From contig CBDDCX010000008.1 in NCBI GenBank assembly GCA_965226375.1, forward strand, positions 864,001-928,000: a DNA stretch of 64,000 nucleotides. The letters are read 5' to 3'. Position numbers and translations under genes: made by a program. The notes below the pieces were generated by a model, which ran no database searches, had not been told where the DNA came from, and saw only the letters and a program-made list of their open reading frames with translations. This DNA comes from Longimicrobiales bacterium (lineage in GTDB: Bacteria; Gemmatimonadota; Gemmatimonadetes; Longimicrobiales; Gaopeijiaceae). Of the stretch, positions 32,101 to 41,688 are shown piece by piece. Every line of letters begins with the position of its first letter. Position 1 is the stretch's first letter.

Positions 32101-33056
32101 TCTCCGGGATCCTGGTCCTACTTCTCGGGATCGGGCAGAATACGCCGACGCAGGATCTGGGCGGGAGTAGCCGGCTCCACGGAACGCGGGTCACCGTATC
32201 CTTCATGGCGCCGGACTCGGGCAAGGCTGCACGCGTTCTGGAAGTTCTCGAAGCAGCACTCCCGTTGCCGGGACTGCCACCGGCGGTGCCTACTGGTGTT
32301 CTCCTTCACCTGGCGCCTGACGAGGCCGCGTTCGAGCAACTTACGGGAGGTAGGGCTCCCGACTGGGGAGCCGGGGTCGCTCTTCCGGCTCAAGCGACCA
32401 TCGTCATGCCCGCCTATGTGTCGGCGCGCGGCCGTGGGTGGAGTGACAACAAGGTCCTCCGCCACGAGTGGGCACACATCGGGTTGCACCAATACCTGGA
32501 GGGGCTCCGGATTCCTCGCTGGTTCTCCGAGGGCTATGCCCAGTGGGCCAGCGGAGGGTGGGACTGGTCCGAAGGCTGGAAACTCAGGGTCGCCTTGGCA
32601 AGGGATCGAAACCCCCTGGACTCACTCGATCTCTCGTGGCCACGTGACCAGGCGCGTGCCCGGACGGCCTATCTGCTCTCTGCTACGACCATCGAGTATC
32701 TGGTGGTCCAGAGCAGCCCCAGGGCGCTGGAGGTGCTGCTCGCGAGGTGGAAGGAAGAGGGCAACTTCGAGAGGGCGTTCCGATCCACTTTTGGCGTGAC
32801 CTCGGCTCAGTTCGAGGAGGACTGGCGGCGTTACGTGAAGGACCGATATGGCTGGGTCTTCGTGCTGTCACACTCTGCCGTGTTCTGGATGTTCCTGAGC
32901 CTGGCCCTAGCCGCCATGGTGGGGGTCCGCCGCCGAGCCCGTCGAGAACGGCTGGCCCGCTTGAGGGCCCTCGATGCCCCCGACGAGCCCAGCTTCTGGC
33001 TCGAAGACCCTTCTCGCACGGGCCCACCGGGACCCGACCCGGACGGGTCGGAGTAA
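32097..33056 (+). CDS. Peptidase MA-like (gluzincin) membrane protein
   Basis: LRHEWAH...PRWFSEGYA; signal peptide and C-terminal TM helix. Confidence 0.8.
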   Translation: MISGILVLLLGIGQNTPTQDLGGSSRLHGTRVTVSFMAPDSGKAARVLEVLEAALPLPGLPPAVPTGVLLHLAPDEAAFEQLTGGRAPDWGAGVALPAQATIVMPAYVSARGRGWSDNKVLRHEWAHIGLHQYLEGLRIPRWFSEGYAQWASGGWDWSEGWKLRVALARDRNPLDSLDLSWPRDQARARTAYLLSATTIEYLVVQSSPRALEVLLARWKEEGNFERAFRSTFGVTSAQFEEDWRRYVKDRYGWVFVLSHSAVFWMFLSLALAAMVGVRRRARRERLARLRALDAPDEPSFWLEDPSRTGPPGPDPDGSE

Positions 33057-33091
33057 GAGTAACCGACGTCTACCTGCATCAAAGAGGACCT

Positions 33092-34450
33092 TTGTCTCGT
33101 ATTCTGCTCGTCGACGACGACGCTGACACCCGCTCGGTCTTCCGGACCAAGCTCGAGCATTCGGGCCACGAGCTGGAGGAAGCTGAGAGTGCAGAGGCTG
33201 CGCTCGGCAAGGTCAAGTCGTTCGATCCCGCGGTTGTCATCACCGACGTACGGATGGACGGGATGACGGGCTTGGAGCTCCTCAACAGGCTCCGGGAGTC
33301 CATGGCGAGCGTCGACGTCATCGTCATGACCGGCCACGACTCTATGAGCTCGGCCGTAGAGGCCATGAAGTCCGGCGCGTTCGACTATTTGGTAAAGCCC
33401 GTGGGCCTGAAGGAGCTCGAGTCGGTGGTAGAGCGCTGCTTGAGCGAGCAGGAGTTGATCCGCGCGTCGGCAGAGGATCCGGAACCCGAGATCGAGGAGG
33501 AGGACGAGGGGACCAGCACCGTGGTGGGTCGTGACCCACGGATGATCGATATCTACAAGATGATCGGTGTCCTGTCCCGAAACCGCACCACCGTGCTCGT
33601 GCGGGGTGAGACCGGCACGGGTAAGGAGATGGTCGCCCGCGCTATCCACGACCATTCGCTCCACGCGGCGGAGCCGTTCATCGCGGTGAACTGTACGGCC
33701 CTCACAGACACCCTGCTGGAGTCTGAGCTTTTCGGGCACGCCCGCGGTGCGTTCACCGGGGCGATCGCGAACAAGAAGGGGTACTTCGAGCTGGCGGGGC
33801 GGGGAACCATCTTCTTGGACGAGATCGGCGACACCTCGCCCGACTTCCAGTCGAAGCTTCTCCGGGTGCTTCAGGAGAGGCAGTTCTATCCCGTCGGAGG
33901 TGAACAGCCGAAGCGGACGGAGGCTCGGGTGGTCGCCGCGACTCACCAGCCCATGGAGGAACTGGTATCAGAAGGCGGGTTTCGGGAGGACCTCTACTTC
34001 CGGCTGCGCGTCGTCGAGCTCGAAGTGCCCAGCCTCAGAGCGCGAAAGGGCGACATCGCTCTTCTGGCCAACCATCTGCTCGGCAGAATCCGCCGCGAAA
34101 CGGGCAGTGACGTTCGACGGATCTCGGAAGCGGCGATGGCGGAGCTGCTAGCCCACGACTGGCCGGGAAATGTACGTGAGCTCGAGAACGCCCTCACGAG
34201 GGGGGCCATCGTCGCGCGTGGACCGGTGATTGCACCGGAGCATCTGGCCCTCGGGCTGTCGGGCGACGGTCGCCGGCCGAAGGCGCAGCCGGCGCCCGCC
34301 AGGGAGGGTGACATGACCCTGGACGGTGCTATCGAGCACCAAGTTCGCCGAGTGCTACAGAGCACGGGCGGAAACAAGACCGAGGCGGCGGCGCTACTCG
34401 GGATCTCTCGCTCACGCCTCGCTCGTTATGTGGAACGCTTCGACCTTTAG
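33092..34450 (+). CDS. Sigma-54-dependent response regulator (NtrC family)
   Basis: REC domain (ILLVDDD, TDVRM), GETGTGKE, ESELFGHARGAFTGA, WPGNVREL, Fis HTH; TTG start after AGAGGA. Confidence 0.95.
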   Translation: MSRILLVDDDADTRSVFRTKLEHSGHELEEAESAEAALGKVKSFDPAVVITDVRMDGMTGLELLNRLRESMASVDVIVMTGHDSMSSAVEAMKSGAFDYLVKPVGLKELESVVERCLSEQELIRASAEDPEPEIEEEDEGTSTVVGRDPRMIDIYKMIGVLSRNRTTVLVRGETGTGKEMVARAIHDHSLHAAEPFIAVNCTALTDTLLESELFGHARGAFTGAIANKKGYFELAGRGTIFLDEIGDTSPDFQSKLLRVLQERQFYPVGGEQPKRTEARVVAATHQPMEELVSEGGFREDLYFRLRVVELEVPSLRARKGDIALLANHLLGRIRRETGSDVRRISEAAMAELLAHDWPGNVRELENALTRGAIVARGPVIAPEHLALGLSGDGRRPKAQPAPAREGDMTLDGAIEHQVRRVLQSTGGNKTEAAALLGISRSRLARYVERFDL

Positions 34451-34508
34451 AAAACTCCGTACCCAGCGTCGGTTGACCCGGGGATCCGGTTAAAATAGGA
34501 TCTTGGCC

Positions 34509-34712
34509 ATGGCCAAGAAGAAAGATACCAAATCAGGCGCAGCACAAACGGCGTCGCTTCAGTTCTCGCGAATCAATCTCGCGTTCGGAGTCGGGGCGTT
34601 GCTCACCATTACGCTCGGGTACTGGCTGCTCGCTCAGGGATCCATCACGATGGCGCCGATCCTTCTGGTGGTGGGCTACGTGTTCCTCGTACCGCTGGCC
34701 ATCATCCTGTAA
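34509..34712 (+). CDS. Small two-TM membrane protein (DUF3098-like)
   Basis: Basic N-terminus then two hydrophobic helices; SITMAPILLVVGY. Confidence 0.7.
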   Translation: MAKKKDTKSGAAQTASLQFSRINLAFGVGALLTITLGYWLLAQGSITMAPILLVVGYVFLVPLAIIL

Positions 34713-34789
34713 AGGTCCGACCCCTCGGGGTCGAGCGCTCCCCCGCGTCGGCCTCGATGATCCCGACGTCGTGACTGGCAGGTACACCT

Positions 34790-36145
34790 TCAAGCCGGTT
34801 TCGTGAGCACCCGTGCCTGCGTGAACTGCCGGTGTCCATCCTTGGACTTGTGGAAGCCGTAGCCGCTCTGCCGTGCCCCGACCCACGGCGTCCCTGCCGC
34901 ACCGCTGGCCGCCCTGTTGATCCCGATCATGCCTGCGGTGAGTTGGCGCGCTACCCCGGCCGTGCGCTCGTCGTCCTCACCGAACACGACCGCGCCCAAC
35001 CCAAAGGGGGTGGCGTTGGCCCTCTCGATCGCGTCTTCCTCTGAGGCCACACGGGTCACGCACGCAACCGGACCGAACGTCTCGTCCTTGGCAATCGCCA
35101 TCTCCTCTGTCACACCCGTGAGAATGGTGGGCGTGACAAAGTTGTCGTGATGGCCGGAGCCGCCCGACAGGACGGTGGCCCCCTCACCGACCGCTCGATC
35201 GAGCTGTTCGAGTACATGATCCTTCTGCTGGGCGTTGACCATCGGACCCACCTGGACACCCTCGTCCAAGCCGTCGCCCTGCTTCATGGCCTCACCCGCT
35301 ACCACCAGGAGCGACTCGAAGCGATCCGCCACCGACTCCGGTACGAATATCCTCTCTGTGCTCACACAGACCTGACCGGCGTTCCGAAAACTGTTCCACG
35401 CCGCGAACTTGGCTGCCTTCTCGAGATCGGCGCTCTCCAGAATCACCAGGGGATCCTTGCCGCCGAGCTCCAGGATCACGCGTTTCAGCTCGCCGCTGGC
35501 TGCCCTGAGAATGTGTTTCCCCGTCTCTCGGGAACCCGTGAAAGCGATGAGGTCGACGTCACTCTCGACGAGCCGTTTGCCCTGATCGTCCGCTCCGTGG
35601 ACCACCTGTAGAACGTCGGGCGGGAGTGCCGAGTTCAGCACGTCAGCGTACGCCTGACCGCACAGGGGCGTCTCCTCCGACGGCTTGAGGATCACCGTGT
35701 TCCCGGCGGCCAACGCCGGAAGCACCATCCAATGAGGCATCGACATCGGGAAGTTCCAGGGCGTGATAGCTGCACACACGCCGAGGGCGTCGTGATATAC
35801 AGTGGAGTGGTTCCGACCGTCATCGAAGATCTCTGGAGCGAGAGCCTCACCGATTTCCTCCAATTCCTCCGTCACGAACGCCAAGGACTTGGCCTCTCCC
35901 ACCCCCTCGGCCAGCGGTTTCCCCATCTCCTCCGTGATGAGCCGGCCTAGGTCGTCAGCCCGCTCGGCGAACGTCTCAGAAGCTTTCGATAGGAGTCGGG
36001 CCCGCTCCTCGTGGCCCATCGCCTCCCAGGCCGGCTGGGCTGACCGTGCACGGTCCACGATGGCCGGGATATCGTCGGGAGATGTGACGAGGACTTCGCC
36101 GACCAGTGTACCGTCGGCCGGGTTGAAAGACTTCAGAGTGTCCAT
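34790..36145 (-). CDS. Aldehyde dehydrogenase family protein
   Basis: ITPWNFP, LKPSE, FTGS, LELGGKDP, NAGQVC, ETFGPV; start at MDTLKSFNP. Confidence 0.95.
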   Translation of the reverse strand: MDTLKSFNPADGTLVGEVLVTSPDDIPAIVDRARSAQPAWEAMGHEERARLLSKASETFAERADDLGRLITEEMGKPLAEGVGEAKSLAFVTEELEEIGEALAPEIFDDGRNHSTVYHDALGVCAAITPWNFPMSMPHWMVLPALAAGNTVILKPSEETPLCGQAYADVLNSALPPDVLQVVHGADDQGKRLVESDVDLIAFTGSRETGKHILRAASGELKRVILELGGKDPLVILESADLEKAAKFAAWNSFRNAGQVCVSTERIFVPESVADRFESLLVVAGEAMKQGDGLDEGVQVGPMVNAQQKDHVLEQLDRAVGEGATVLSGGSGHHDNFVTPTILTGVTEEMAIAKDETFGPVACVTRVASEEDAIERANATPFGLGAVVFGEDDERTAGVARQLTAGMIGINRAASGAAGTPWVGARQSGYGFHKSKDGHRQFTQARVLTKPA

Positions 36146-36346
36146 AACCGTTCTCGATTGGTGTTCTCTGGATCGTTTCCGAACCGGAAGATGGGCTCGG
36201 GAACGGCTGGACGCTACGCGTACCGCGATGGTGTCCGCGTCGCCTGCCTCCCCCGGGACGGCGGGTGTAGGGTCTGGACACGGCCGCCGACCTTCCAGGG
36301 CAAAGCCAGTGCTGCGTATGGAGGCCTGCTGGCTAATGGAGGCACC

Positions 36347-36577
36347 ATGGCGATAAGCGCTCCGGGCAGGACGCCACGTGGTGGCTGGTCCGCCAAGCAC
36401 GACCAGCAGGCGCGGAACGCGGGGTACGCTTGCTGGACCGGGTGGATAGCCGCCATCCAGAAGGACGAAGACCGGAAGATCTGCGGGGCCAGAGCGCACA
36501 GCACGCAGTCGCTCGGTGGTTACGATTTCGGTGCTATTGGTGTTGATAGGGTCGTGACCGACGCTACTGCACGGTGA
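36347..36577 (+). pseudogene. Short ORF or remnant with a KICGAR motif, function unknown
   Basis: GGAGG SD before ATG 36347; runs into the 3' end of the convergent M23 gene. Confidence 0.3.
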
Positions 36578-37511
36578 AGCCGTACGTGGCGCGCAGTGCG
36601 CCGTTGGTATAGACCTCGATCGCCCAGCTTCCGGGCGTCCCCGCGGTCAGTGAGCGGTTCCAGAACCAGTACGAGTGCCGCCACGTCTGCTGGAAGGTCG
36701 TGCCCACATCGTGAACGACGACGTCGCCGTCGTCGAGGATCAAGACTCGGATCACATCGCCTGTCGTCCCTCCCGCCATCGATAAGCCCACGCCGATCGT
36801 ACCGCCGGCGGCCACCGTCGTCGCGTTCGGCGGCGGGTCCTTGAGCTCGTCGACACCGCCGATGGCCCCCTCCTTCACGTTCAAGTCCATGAAGTCGAGC
36901 GGGGCGTCGTAGGTCGGTGGGGCGGCGAACAGCTCCTCGAGGAAAGGGTCGATCACGGTGCCACCCTCATCGCGCAGCTCGAGGTGCAGGTGGGGCGCCG
37001 TCGAGCATCCCGAGCTTCCCACCACGCCGAGCGCATCTCCCGCGCTGACCTGCTGACCGATGGTGACGACGATCGAGCTCTGCTTGAGGTGACCATAGGT
37101 CATCGTGGACCCGTCGTCGTGGCGGACGTCGACGAAGTTCGCCGTCCCTACGCAGGAGGTGTTGCGATCGGGCTGGCCATCACGGAGAGAAGCCACCTCA
37201 CCCGCATGGGCCGCGACGATCTGATGGCCACTGTCCATCCAACGGAAGTTCGGCACATCGATGTCGACGCCGGGGCGACCATTGTAGCTCTTCCCCCCGC
37301 CACGGTAGTCAAGCACGCCGGCACCGGTGTCGAGGTCGACGTAGTTGTTGATGACCCAGTCTGCCCCGTCCTCGCCGGCGACCGGCCACTGGAGCACGAG
37401 CGGATCCGAGTCATTCGGGCCCGTGCCGTCGGAGCTGCAGGCGGAAAGACCGAGAACGACGAATAGCCCCAGCGCTCGGGCGGGCGCGTGGTTCTGTGAG
37501 GGCATCGGCAT
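36564..37511 (-). CDS. M23 family metallopeptidase-like lipoprotein
   Basis: LSAC lipobox, YGHL, VGSSG.STAPHLH; first zinc-ligand motif reads RPGVD instead of HxxxD. Confidence 0.85.
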   Translation of the reverse strand: MPMPSQNHAPARALGLFVVLGLSACSSDGTGPNDSDPLVLQWPVAGEDGADWVINNYVDLDTGAGVLDYRGGGKSYNGRPGVDIDVPNFRWMDSGHQIVAAHAGEVASLRDGQPDRNTSCVGTANFVDVRHDDGSTMTYGHLKQSSIVVTIGQQVSAGDALGVVGSSGCSTAPHLHLELRDEGGTVIDPFLEELFAAPPTYDAPLDFMDLNVKEGAIGGVDELKDPPPNATTVAAGGTIGVGLSMAGGTTGDVIRVLILDDGDVVVHDVGTTFQQTWRHSYWFWNRSLTAGTPGSWAIEVYTNGALRATYGFTVQ

Positions 37512-37641
37512 CGTGAAGCGGTGTGGTCGGTGGAAGAGTAGCTCGGGGGGTGCCGAGCGATCCACGACCCAAGTGCGCTCCGGCGGGCTCAATACATTAT
37601 GACGGGCCGTTATCTACGAATCCCGAGCCGCGGGAGTCCCC

Positions 37642-37850
37642 ATGATCGATCGACGCCGCTTCATCGGAACCACGGCCCTCGGCAGCGCGGGCCTCGCCCT
37701 CGGTCCGGCGGCTTGTGCACCCGCTGGACGGGACGCCTGACTACAGAATCGAGGCCATGAGGCTGTCCACTGGAGAACGGAAGGTGCTGACGCCGGGGGT
37801 CAAGTCGTACGTGACACCCATGGGACATCTGTGCTGGGGGGTGGGCTTTG
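37642..37850 (+). pseudogene. Orphan Tat signal peptide followed by a beta-propeller-like fragment
   Basis: 37642-37740 encodes MIDRRRFIGTTALGSAGLALGPAACAPAGRDA*; an overlapping frame gives IEAMRLSTGERKVLTPGVKSYVTPMGHL. Confidence 0.5.
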
Positions 37851-38018
37851 GTGGGCGTGGTGCAGGACATCTACACCCAGGCGGACGACGAGACTACCTT
37901 GCAGGTTGTGTTGGACGCCGGGCAGCTGCGGGATGCACAGTGAATACCAACCCCAAGGGGTTGGGGGCGTCAGAGGCCACAGTGCTTTCGTGGCTTAGCT
38001 GCACGGCGAAAGACCCAC

Positions 38019-38093
38019 GGGCGGTTAGCTCAGTTGGTTCAGAGCGCCTGGTTTACACCCAGGAGGTCACTGGTTCGAATCCAGTACCGCCCA
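38019..38093 (+). tRNA. tRNA-Val (TAC); CCA not encoded
   Basis: Acceptor GGGCGGT/ACCGCCC, anticodon arm CCTGG-TTTACAC-CCAGG, GTTCGAATC. Confidence 0.96.
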
Positions 38094-38458
38094 TTGCCGG
38101 AAGGTCAGGAATCAAGCGACTTCTGGGGGAGACAGCCTCCTCCCGCTCTCCACCTCCTTTCCCCATTGCATCCCGTTGCATCCCGCCGGAGGATTGTCGG
38201 GGAGAGGTCCGTTTCGGAAGCGGGCAACCCTGGTGGCAGGCCGCTGGCCAAGCCGTCCGGGAACCGACCCCAGTAGCAACCCCACCGCATGACAAACCCT
38301 CGTAGGCCTCGGGTCTTCGTGTTCCGGTTGCCCGCCTAATAGCCAGGCGGTCTGTTCAGGTTAGGCTGGGGAATGTTGCTGGGATGAGCCCAGGCTTGCG
38401 CCTCGTGGTGCCGGGAAGCCATTTGGTTTCACGGACGGTTGGCTCGGAGTCGTCACCT

Positions 38459-39816
38459 GGGGGTCAAGTCCCGAGTTGTGTGTAAAAGTGAGAGGAAGCT
38501 CCTCGATGCTTCGGTTAGGCTGCCTTGGCGACCTCCTTGGGTTCGAGAAGCGTGAGATCGAGGTAGCGGCGTTCGCTCCAGACCGCAGTAGTCTTCAGAG
38601 CAACCGCGGTGATGAGGCGGAGCGCACTGGCTCGGTCGGGGAAGGCGCCGGCGCTCCGGATCCGACGCTTGATCTCGGTGTGCAGGCGCTCGAGGCTGTT
38701 CGTGGTGCGTAGCCTGGCCCAGTGGGGCTCGGGGAACGCGTAGAACTGGGTGGCGGCCGTGAAGCCCCGCTCGAGCACCTTCATTGCCTCGGGGAGCTCC
38801 TCTTGCCAGCGCGTCGTGATCTCGGCCAGGCGCTTCTTCGCCTCAGCGAGCCCGGGGGCCCGGAAGACGGCGGCAACCTCGCGCGCCACACGCTTGCGCA
38901 GGCGATGCGGGACCTTGGCCAGCACGTTGCGTTGCAGGTGCACGGTGCAGCGCTGACGGCGCACCTCAGGCAGGAAGCGGCGCACCGCAGCTGCCAGGCC
39001 CGCGTGCTTGTCGGCGATCACCAGTTCGACGCCGCTGAGACCTCGCTCCAGGAGCTGCTCGAGGAGCTCCGACCAACTGTCCTCTGACTCCTCAGGGCCT
39101 AGCGTGATGGCCAGGAGCCGGCGGTGACCGTCCGGATCCACCGCGTAGGCCACGAGCGCGCTCACGTTCTCGACCTTCCTGGCCCAGCGCGCATCGAGGA
39201 ACGTCGCGTCCAGATACAGATAGGGGTGAGGCCCCTCGATGGGTGCGCTCCGCAGCGCTTCTACAGCCCCATCGAGCCGCTTCGCGACCCGGCTTACCGT
39301 CGAGCGTCCCACGCGCTCACCCAGCAGTGCTTCAGTCACGTCGCCCATCTTGCGCTGCGACACACCGCTCACGTAGGCCTCCACCATCATCTCGTCCACT
39401 TCTTCACTCCTGCGCCGGTAGCGGCCCATCACGTCGGCGGGCGAGCCGCCTTCCCGGCTGCGCGGCACCATCACGTCGATCTGACCCAAGCTCGTGAGCA
39501 GGCGCCTGAGGTACGTGCCGTTCCTGTGGTCCTTCCGGCTGCCGACCCGCTCGAAACGACGCGCTCCGACCATCGCTTTCAACTCCTCCTCCAGCACCAT
39601 CTCGAGCGTAACACGAATCGCGCCCTGAAACAACGACTTCAAATCCTGCCGTAACTCTTCTTGCGTGGCCCGCTCAACTTCAACCATCTTTTCCATGAGG
39701 AAGCTCCTTTCCGGTTCCGGACCTGCTGGCGCAGGCCCGGACTCCCCGGGTTCGTGTCATGATGAACATTCACAAGGAGCTTCCTCTCTTTTTCCCGGGC
39801 TGTCCACCCTCCCCGG
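38459..39816 (-). mobile_element. IS256-family insertion sequence; upstream outer end apparently lost
   Basis: Intact transposase; terminal GGGGTCAAGTCCCGAGTTGTGTGTAAA; 14-bp inverted repeat GAGAGGAAGCTCCT at 38490-38503 / 39775-39788. Confidence 0.85.
38515..39696 (-). CDS. IS256-family (mutator-type) transposase
   Basis: RNG.Y.R.L.T.LG.I...VPR.R, YLYLDA, IADKH.GL, QRC.VH..RN, RTTNSLERL..EIKRR. Confidence 0.96.
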   Translation of the reverse strand: MEKMVEVERATQEELRQDLKSLFQGAIRVTLEMVLEEELKAMVGARRFERVGSRKDHRNGTYLRRLLTSLGQIDVMVPRSREGGSPADVMGRYRRRSEEVDEMMVEAYVSGVSQRKMGDVTEALLGERVGRSTVSRVAKRLDGAVEALRSAPIEGPHPYLYLDATFLDARWARKVENVSALVAYAVDPDGHRRLLAITLGPEESEDSWSELLEQLLERGLSGVELVIADKHAGLAAAVRRFLPEVRRQRCTVHLQRNVLAKVPHRLRKRVAREVAAVFRAPGLAEAKKRLAEITTRWQEELPEAMKVLERGFTAATQFYAFPEPHWARLRTTNSLERLHTEIKRRIRSAGAFPDRASALRLITAVALKTTAVWSERRYLDLTLLEPKEVAKAA

Positions 39817-39869
39817 ACAGCGCACCTGATGGTTAACACAAGTGTGCCAGCTGATGGTTAACAGATTGG
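39817..39869 (-). mobile_element. Isolated IS481-family right-end remnant
   Basis: Reverse complement of 44891-44943, including the last codons (PIC*) of the transposase. Confidence 0.9.
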
Positions 39870-39930
39870 CTCGCGTTCTTCGCTTGCGCTCAGCATCTTT
39901 GGCGCGCAGCAGAATCGCAATCCGGTAGAT
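39869..39930 (+). repeat. attC-like right arm (core site degenerate: GGTAGAT)
   Basis: 54/62 nt identical to 49044-49105 by manual alignment. Confidence 0.65.
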
Positions 39931-39947
39931 GGCCCAATGGACTTCAG

Positions 39948-40346
39948 ATGACAGCCAAACCGTCGATTCGCACCTTGGTTCTAATCAGCGCGTCGCTGTA
40001 TGCCGCATTCTGCTCCCTCCCCTTCCTCCATCCCGCCCTAAGGAGGGTCCTCGGTGAGCCGGCTGACGTGGCGCAGATGTCAGCATTTTTCTGGCCGTAT
40101 CCGCTCTTCCTTAGTCTGTTGAAAGGCCTGGAGGGAAGTACAGCTACCTGGCTATTGGTAGATTTACTGGGTCTCGGAGCGGTCGTGCTTGGCTCGGCGT
40201 ATGCGTTCAGAAAACTCCGCGCCCTCGACGTCAAGCAGTGGTTCTTATACGCTGTCGCTCCGCTGATTTGGTATCTCCCGCTGCTGGGGGTTCAATTGGT
40301 CGCGTTTGGCATAGCCTTTATTCTGGGCATGGATATCGGCGAGTAG
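39948..40346 (+). CDS. Cassette-like hypothetical membrane protein
   Basis: 132 aa with ~4 hydrophobic segments, lower GC, starts 18 nt after the attC-like core. Confidence 0.65.
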   Translation: MTAKPSIRTLVLISASLYAAFCSLPFLHPALRRVLGEPADVAQMSAFFWPYPLFLSLLKGLEGSTATWLLVDLLGLGAVVLGSAYAFRKLRALDVKQWFLYAVAPLIWYLPLLGVQLVAFGIAFILGMDIGE

Positions 40347-40458
40347 GTGGGTGAGCAGGGCTCCGAGGTGGTGGCCCGCGTGCAGGAGCTGGAGGAACGC
40401 CTAAGGGTGGCTTACGGTGATTTCTAAACAGCTGCTGTCGCGGTGAGCAAGCTATCAC

Positions 40459-40537
40459 CGCCCGTCTAAGCGACGAGAGCCTTCCGGCCTACCCAGGATA
40501 CCGAATAAACCCCGAAGAAGCTCAGAACGTGAATACA
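40459..40537. repeat. ~79-nt non-coding direct repeat, copy 1
   Basis: CGCCCGTCTAAGCGACGAGAGCCT...GATACCGAATAAACCCCGAAGA.GCTCAGAAC..GAATACA recurs at 42482-42559. Confidence 0.9.
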
Positions 40538-40614
40538 AGCGTCCAACGGTCTTCTGCTTGCGCCTACCGGACCGCTCTCGGATGTTGACCACGGCCTGAT
40601 CCCGGAGTGCGCCC

Positions 40615-41688
40615 GTGTCCGATTCCGTCGCTCGTCTGAACGCTGTCCTTGGTCGCGTCGCCTCTCTCATCTTTCCGGCTACCGTGCTGAGCCTGGCCCT
40701 CGCAAGCTGCTCAGGCTCGCCATCCGGCTCCACGGTGCTGACGGCCGACATGCCGCTGCATCTGGAGCAACACCTAGACGCTGCCACCATCGTCGGCTCC
40801 GAAGTGCCGGTGGACGCTCCGACCGTTATGGAGTGGCACTTCGACGAGCCGCAGGAAGACTGGTAGCCGGCGGTGCCGTGGAACCCTACGAACGAGCCAG
40901 TCGAGGTCACGCAGCTCGAGGACGCGGTTCGTGTCACGCTGACGGACGGTACGAGGAATCCGAACGGCTTGCCGAGGGGCGGCATCGTTTGAGACGTGCC
41001 CGATTGGGCCTACGAGGATCTGGCGCACCTCGTGGTGCGTGCTCGCACGTCCGATGATGTCAGGAACATCGTGATCAACTTCAACCGACGCGAAGGGAGC
41101 GGGACGGATACGGACTTCCCCATGCCATTCGCTCACCGAGGCGAAACGGTCCCTGTTGTAAGCGACGGTACGGTGCAGACCTACCGGCTGCGGCTGGATT
41201 TCTTTGGGTGGCGCCCACGACCTGAGGGATCGATCCGGCAGCTCGCCCTGTGGTTCGATCCCAGCGATCTGGCCAGCATCGACATCCTTTCCATTACACT
41301 GACCACGAAGGTGGCCAACTACGCCGAGACGGGCGCCGCCTCGCGCACGGAAATCCGCAACCGGATTCATCGGCAGGCTCTGTATACCCACACGCCGGGC
41401 AGCGTAGAGTATCGGGTGAAGGTCCCGGAAGGTGGTCGGCTGTTCTACCGCAATGGAGCCGACGAGTTGGTGGCTGCACAGGTCACTACAGGTCCAACGT
41501 TCACGGTGGGCCAGCAAGAGGTGCTGTTTTCCCTCGCCGGGTACTATTCCGGCAGGGGTCATCCTCAATACGACGTGACGCCCGACGATCAGCGATTCGT
41601 GATGCTGAGGTTCGGGGATGAGGAGAACGCCGAACTCGTCTTGGTCCTGAACTTCTTCGAGGAGTTGAAGGAGCGGGTGCCGAATTGA
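40615..41688 (+). pseudogene. Chimeric pseudogene: N-terminal domain of the sulfatase-like lipoprotein fused to a beta-propeller tail ending VLNFFEELKERVPN
   Basis: One frame with in-frame TAG (40864) and TGA (40990); paralogous to 42660-43140 and 44975-45270 up to PEGGRL. Confidence 0.8.

Noticed and set aside
32747..33091. N-terminal extension of the sigma-54 regulator (likewise the extended starts of ALDH, slipin, SDR and cyclase)
   Set aside because: The extensions lack family motifs and several overlap neighbouring genes; better starts lie downstream
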